Assembly: GCA_965662175.1 (NCBI GenBank)
Contig: CBFIGT010000066.1
Location: 1 to 12,423, forward strand
Length of the DNA: 12,423 bases
Origin: Arcobacter sp.
Lineage (GTDB): Bacteria; Campylobacterota; Campylobacteria; Campylobacterales; Arcobacteraceae
Direction: 5' to 3'
Part shown: positions 8,503 to 12,423 of the stretch, in pieces
Position numbering within the stretch: the stretch's first letter is position 1
How the letters are laid out: each line of letters starts with the position of its first letter
Notes under the pieces: generated by a model
What the model was told of the DNA's origin: nothing
The model's database searches: none
Seen by the model: only the letters and a program-made list of their open reading frames with translations
Position numbers and translations under genes: made by a program

Positions 8503-9438
8503 ATGTTTAGTTTTTTTAAGAAAAATAAAAAAGAAGAAAGTGTTGAAGAGAAACAAGAGAGTAAAAACTTTTTCTCCAAAGCTTTATCAAAAACCTTTGA
8601 CAACATAAAATCAGTTGTACCTCAAAAAAAAGAGAAAATCTCTTTTGAAGATATAGAAGAGCTTTTAATAGAAGCTGATATGGAATACTCAATCATCGAA
8701 AAAGCTATGGATGGTCTTCCTGAGATGATAAATAGAAAGCAGTTAAGACATAGACTTGTATCACTTTTTGAACATGCACCTGATGTTGATATGGAGAATT
8801 TACCAACTCCTTTTATTCAACTTATTATTGGAGTTAATGGAGCTGGTAAAACTACTACAATTGCAAAACTTGCAAATATGTATAAAAATGAAGGTAAAAA
8901 AGTTATTTTAGGAGCTGGAGATACATTTAGAGCAGCTGCTATTGAGCAACTCTCTACTTGGGCTGATAAATTAGATGTGCCAATTATCAAAACAAAACAA
9001 GGACATGATCCAAGTGCTGTTGCTTATGATACTATCTCATCAGCTGTTTCAAAAAATATTGATAATGTAATAATTGATACAGCAGGAAGATTACAAACTC
9101 AAACAAACCTTTCAAATGAACTTAAAAAAATAGTAAAAGTTTGTAATAAAGCAAAAGAGGGAGCACCCCACCAAAAACTTATGATTTTGGATGGTACTCA
9201 AGGAAATACAGCAATAGCACAAGCTAAAGCTTTTAATGAGATGGTTGGAGTTGATGGAATAATAGTTACAAAACTTGATGGAACAGCAAAAGGTGGAGCA
9301 CTTTTTTCTATCTCAAATCAGCTTGAACTTCCTATTTTTTATATAGGAGTTGGTGAAAAAGCAGATGATTTAATGGAGTTTAGTCCTGATAACTTCGTAG
9401 ATTCTATTTTAGACCAAATATTTACTGAAGAGAAATAA
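8503..9438 (+). CDS. ftsY: Signal recognition particle receptor FtsY
   Basis: GVNGAGKTTT, DTFRAAA, DTAGR, TKLDGTAKGG and IGVGE motifs. Confidence 0.97.
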   Translation: MFSFFKKNKKEESVEEKQESKNFFSKALSKTFDNIKSVVPQKKEKISFEDIEELLIEADMEYSIIEKAMDGLPEMINRKQLRHRLVSLFEHAPDVDMENLPTPFIQLIIGVNGAGKTTTIAKLANMYKNEGKKVILGAGDTFRAAAIEQLSTWADKLDVPIIKTKQGHDPSAVAYDTISSAVSKNIDNVIIDTAGRLQTQTNLSNELKKIVKVCNKAKEGAPHQKLMILDGTQGNTAIAQAKAFNEMVGVDGIIVTKLDGTAKGGALFSISNQLELPIFYIGVGEKADDLMEFSPDNFVDSILDQIFTEEK

Positions 9439-9472
9439 ACTCTTTAGTAAATAATAATATATAGTTCAAAAA

Positions 9473-10027
9473 CTATATATTTAAAAAACTTCCTATTTTT
9501 CTAAAATAACTCTCAATATTTTCAAAACTATGATTTCCACCCTCTTCTATTACAAGTTCACTATTAGGCAGTTTTTCAACAGCTTCATTAAAATCCAAAA
9601 CCTCATCATCCTCTTGCAATAAAGTTAAAAAATTCTCTTGATTTTTTATATCTTTTACTTCATAAGATTTTAAAGCTTCAATGTGACTACTTGTAACCTC
9701 AAAAGAGCTATCATCATAATAGTTTCTAGCCATTCCTATTTTGTCCAAAGTTTTATATGGATAAATAGCAGGATTTATTAATACAGCTTTTAAGTTATAT
9801 TTAGAAGCTAAATAAATAGCATAATAACCACCCAAAGATGAGCCAACTAAACCTATATTTTCATCTTTTTCTAAAAGTAACTCTATTAATTGCTCTAAGG
9901 TATCAATTGCTAAATTTGGAACATAAGAGAGTGATGGTGCTATAACTTCATCTTCAAAATACTCCCTAAAAAGTGATGCTTTACCACCAAATCCACTACT
10001 TCCAAAACCATGTATATAAATAATCAT
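9473..10027 (-). CDS. YqiA/UPF0227 alpha/beta-hydrolase esterase
   Basis: YIHGF, nucleophile elbow GSSLGG, AVLINPA, DEVLD and GGNHSF motifs. Confidence 0.9.
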   Translation of the reverse strand: MIIYIHGFGSSGFGGKASLFREYFEDEVIAPSLSYVPNLAIDTLEQLIELLLEKDENIGLVGSSLGGYYAIYLASKYNLKAVLINPAIYPYKTLDKIGMARNYYDDSSFEVTSSHIEALKSYEVKDIKNQENFLTLLQEDDEVLDFNEAVEKLPNSELVIEEGGNHSFENIESYFRKIGSFLNI

Positions 10028-10035
10028 ATATTTTC

Positions 10036-10518
10036 CTATTTATTTAAATCTTCTCTTAATCTCTCTCTTGAGAGTTTATCAACAATGTTGAAAATTTTAT
10101 CTATTTCATCCTTTAAAGAGTTTTTCTTATGACCCTTTACTTTTATGAAACTACAATTATACTTTTGAATTAAAAGAAAAAACTCTTTATAAAGTTCACT
10201 GTTAGATAAAAGCTTTCCCTTACTTGAGTGATAATTGTTTTTTTCAAGTCTCTCTTTTCTACTTTCTAGTCCAATTAAGTTTTGGCAATCTGTATAAACC
10301 TCTATGAAAACATCAATAAAATCAAGCTCTTTTATAGCCCATAAAAAAGTCTCTATTTCAAGCTTTGTAGATGAGCTATTTTCAAATCTTTTTAAAACAA
10401 CACTCTTTTTTAGTTTTTCCAAATCAAAATTATCATCCTCAATCACTAAATAAGCACCATAACCTATTTTTGTTTGGGGATTTAAACTTCCATCAACAAA
10501 TAGTTTTATATTTTTCAT
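10036..10518 (-). CDS. RNase HI-family ribonuclease
   Basis: Acidic catalytic residues in FVDGS, TKLE, YTDC and IVD, plus KVKGH. Confidence 0.88.
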   Translation of the reverse strand: MKNIKLFVDGSLNPQTKIGYGAYLVIEDDNFDLEKLKKSVVLKRFENSSSTKLEIETFLWAIKELDFIDVFIEVYTDCQNLIGLESRKERLEKNNYHSSKGKLLSNSELYKEFFLLIQKYNCSFIKVKGHKKNSLKDEIDKIFNIVDKLSRERLREDLNK

Positions 10519-11006
10519 CTATCTTTTGCCCTAATAATTATAATACTCCTTGATAAAAATACTCCACTTAATAAACCATATAAAAAACTAATAATACAAA
10601 TAAACTCTAAAGTACCCAATATAGCTAAGTGTTTTGCAATAACAACACCAACAAAATATTTTGTAAAAAAAATAGTCATAATAAAAAACATAGGAGTCCA
10701 ACTACCTGGAATAAAATATGATTTTTCCTCCATATTGTATTTTATATTTTTGGGAAAAGCTAGTTTTAGTCCAAATAATAAAGCCACTCCAACCCCTAAA
10801 AACCACAATAAAATAGCAATAAAACTTAAACCAAAAGCAGAAAATACTCCAAAAATAGAGAGCATAATCATAGCAATAGGTAAAATTAAAACTCTTTTTA
10901 TATTTATAACTCTATCTTTTGATTGAGAATAAGCCAAAAAAACTAATCCAATAAATAAAACAAATACCCAAATCGGCGTATTTTTAACTATTTCTAAAAA
11001 CATCAT
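10515..11006 (-). CDS. Uncharacterised multi-pass membrane protein (DUF6622-like)
   Basis: About five hydrophobic helices; TP-x-WV, IPGSW and FFTKY motifs. The family name is from recall. Confidence 0.65.
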   Translation of the reverse strand: MMFLEIVKNTPIWVFVLFIGLVFLAYSQSKDRVINIKRVLILPIAMIMLSIFGVFSAFGLSFIAILLWFLGVGVALLFGLKLAFPKNIKYNMEEKSYFIPGSWTPMFFIMTIFFTKYFVGVVIAKHLAILGTLEFICIISFLYGLLSGVFLSRSIIIIRAKDR

Positions 11007-11350
11007 TTGAAATCATTTTTCTTATCTATTTTAATTAATCTTTCAAATAGAATATCTTCTAAATTTCTACTTGAATCAATCACTAATAAAATATAGACTT
11101 TTGTATTTTCAATTTTATAGATTATTCTCCACCTTTGATAGATAATTTCTCTATATTTAAAAATTCCAATTTGTTGAAGTTCTGGTACAATTCTTTTTCT
11201 TTGTGGAAAGTAATATAAATTATTACACTCTTGTTTGATAGCAAAAAATATTGTTTTTGCTATTTCTATACTATCTGTTTTAATGTACTCAATAATTGAC
11301 TCAAAATCAGATTTGGCACTTTTTGTCCAAATAACATCAAAGTTCTTCAT
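11003..11350 (-). CDS. Type II toxin, RelE/ParE family
   Basis: VIWTKSAKSDFESIIEYI, FPQRKRIVPEL, YREII...WRIIYKI and VIDSSR segments; 115 aa; 5 bp downstream of the antitoxin. Confidence 0.88.
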   Translation of the reverse strand: MKNFDVIWTKSAKSDFESIIEYIKTDSIEIAKTIFFAIKQECNNLYYFPQRKRIVPELQQIGIFKYREIIYQRWRIIYKIENTKVYILLVIDSSRNLEDILFERLIKIDKKNDFK

Positions 11351-11355
11351 TAAAA

Positions 11356-11628
11356 TTACTCAAATAACTTTTTTTCTAAACTAGTAAACATATCTTCTTG
11401 AGAAATAGTATTGCTGTTTTCAATATCATTTTCACTTTGCACAATTAATTTGAGCAAGTTCAATGAGTTCTGCATATTTTCATAACTCTTAATATCTTGA
11501 ATAACTGCTTTAGCCTCACCATTTTGTGTGATAATAATTGATCTTTTATTTTCATTTACATTATTTATTACATCAGCTGTTTTTGATTTTAAATAACTAA
11601 TTGGTTTTATATCTTCACTTAAATGCAT
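11356..11628 (-). CDS. Type II antitoxin, Phd/YefM family
   Basis: IKPISYLK and IIITQNGEAKAVI motifs, acidic C-terminus, 90 aa and AAAGG RBS. Confidence 0.9.
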   Translation of the reverse strand: MHLSEDIKPISYLKSKTADVINNVNENKRSIIITQNGEAKAVIQDIKSYENMQNSLNLLKLIVQSENDIENSNTISQEDMFTSLEKKLFE

Positions 11629-11647
11629 TTTATGACCTTTTTATATA

Positions 11648-11666
11648 TTAGTAATAATAGTACTAT
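11648..11666. promoter_or_regulatory. Candidate TA operator
   Basis: Perfect palindrome ATAGTACTAT (11657-11666) and imperfect copy TTAGTAATAA (11648-11657), 20-38 nt upstream of the antitoxin ATG. Confidence 0.5.
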
Positions 11667-11745
11667 ATTTAGATTTAATTTGGTATTAATTGCTTGTAAT
11701 AATGGGTTTTGGATATTTATTATTGGTTATTGTGGATTAGGTTGT

Positions 11746-12423
11746 GTTTCAAACTAAGTGGAGCTTCTGTATAATTTGTTAGATCAGAAGAATGGTTAGA
11801 AAATACATTTAGTGAAGTTTCAAACTAAGTGGAGCTTCTGTATAATTTGTTAGTATAACAAGGCTAGTGCTAATTATGGGAATTTAGGTTTCAAACTAAG
11901 TGGAGCTTCTGTATAATTTGTTAGTAAAATATCAGTTTCTTTTATCTCTTCGTTTGTAGTTTCAAACTAAGTGGAGCTTCTGTATAATTTGTTAGCTTTA
12001 TCATTAGGACTTGCGAATGGGGGTGTGTTGTTTCAAACTAAGTGGAGCTTCTGTATAATTTGTTAGAAAAATCACTCAAGAAGATAAAAAATATCTTGAG
12101 GTTTCAAACTAAGTGGAGCTTCTGTATAATTTGTTAGAAAAATATTTATACTTTAGAACTAGCACTATTAAAGTTTCAAACTAAGTGGAGCTTCTGTATA
12201 ATTTGTTAGAGTTAATGCTATGTTCAAACAAGCTGAGAATGTTGGTTTCAAACTAAGTGGAGCTTCTGTATAATTTGTTAGAAGAAAGAACTATTTGATT
12301 TATTATCTACTAAAGAGTTTCAAACTAAGTGGAGCTTCTGTATAATTTGTTAGAAGTGCTGATTTAATAGGAAGTGAAGCGTATATTGTGTTTCAAACTA
12401 AGTGGAGCTTCTGTATAATTTGT
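11746..12423 (-). CRISPR. CRISPR array: at least 10 repeats of 37 bp and 9 complete spacers; continues past the window edge
   Basis: GTTTCAAACTAAGTGGAGCTTCTGTATAATTTGTTAG starts at 11746, 11817, 11888, 11959, 12030, 12101, 12173, 12245, 12317 and 12390 (last copy cut off). Unique spacers are 34,34,34,34,34,35,35,35,36 bp. The strand is inferred because the reverse complement ends in TTTGAAAC; orientation is less certain than the array itself. Confidence 0.98.

Noticed and set aside
1283..10926. Short ORFs 1283-1516, 4892-5122, 6894-7106, 7599-7823, 8097-8324, 10371-10553 and 10735-10926
   Set aside because: Each lies antisense to well-supported genes and has no recognisable motif; they are shadow ORFs.
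9473..11628. Calling the genes next to the array cas genes
   Set aside because: None shows Cas1, Cas2, Cas6, RAMP, HEPN or CARF features; each fits a non-Cas family.
12075..12100. Inverted repeat CTCAAGA...TCTTGAG within spacer 5
   Set aside because: A single short instance in acquired DNA; it may affect guide folding but has no support as a feature.

Overview
A very AT-rich bacterial window, most likely Campylobacterota and probably Arcobacteraceae. This is inferred from the fau-rny / tlpA-ftsY gene order, TGnTATAAT promoters and AAGG-type ribosome-binding sites. A housekeeping core (TIGR02757 protein, SDR, DppC-like permease, rsmD, aldo-keto reductase, DUF4405-like membrane protein, rny, 5-formyl-THF cyclo-ligase, TlpA, ftsY) lies between two accessory or defence-type flanks. 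The left flank holds a truncated IS1380-type transposase fragment, missed by the ORF track, that abuts a short AbiEii-like nucleotidyltransferase. That gene is coupled to an HTH gene with a consensus promoter overlapped by inverted repeats. The right flank holds a CRISPR array of at least 10 identical 37-bp repeats and nine 34-36-bp spacers that runs off the window. It is probably transcribed on the minus strand, with its trailer end pointing into a tightly coupled five-gene minus-strand run: Phd/YefM antitoxin, RelE/ParE toxin, membrane protein, RNase H and YqiA-like esterase. Eight of nine spacers read like sense-strand coding DNA on +, so the crRNAs would be antisense to mRNA, hinting at RNA targeting. 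No cas genes are in the window, so the CRISPR type cannot be assigned.
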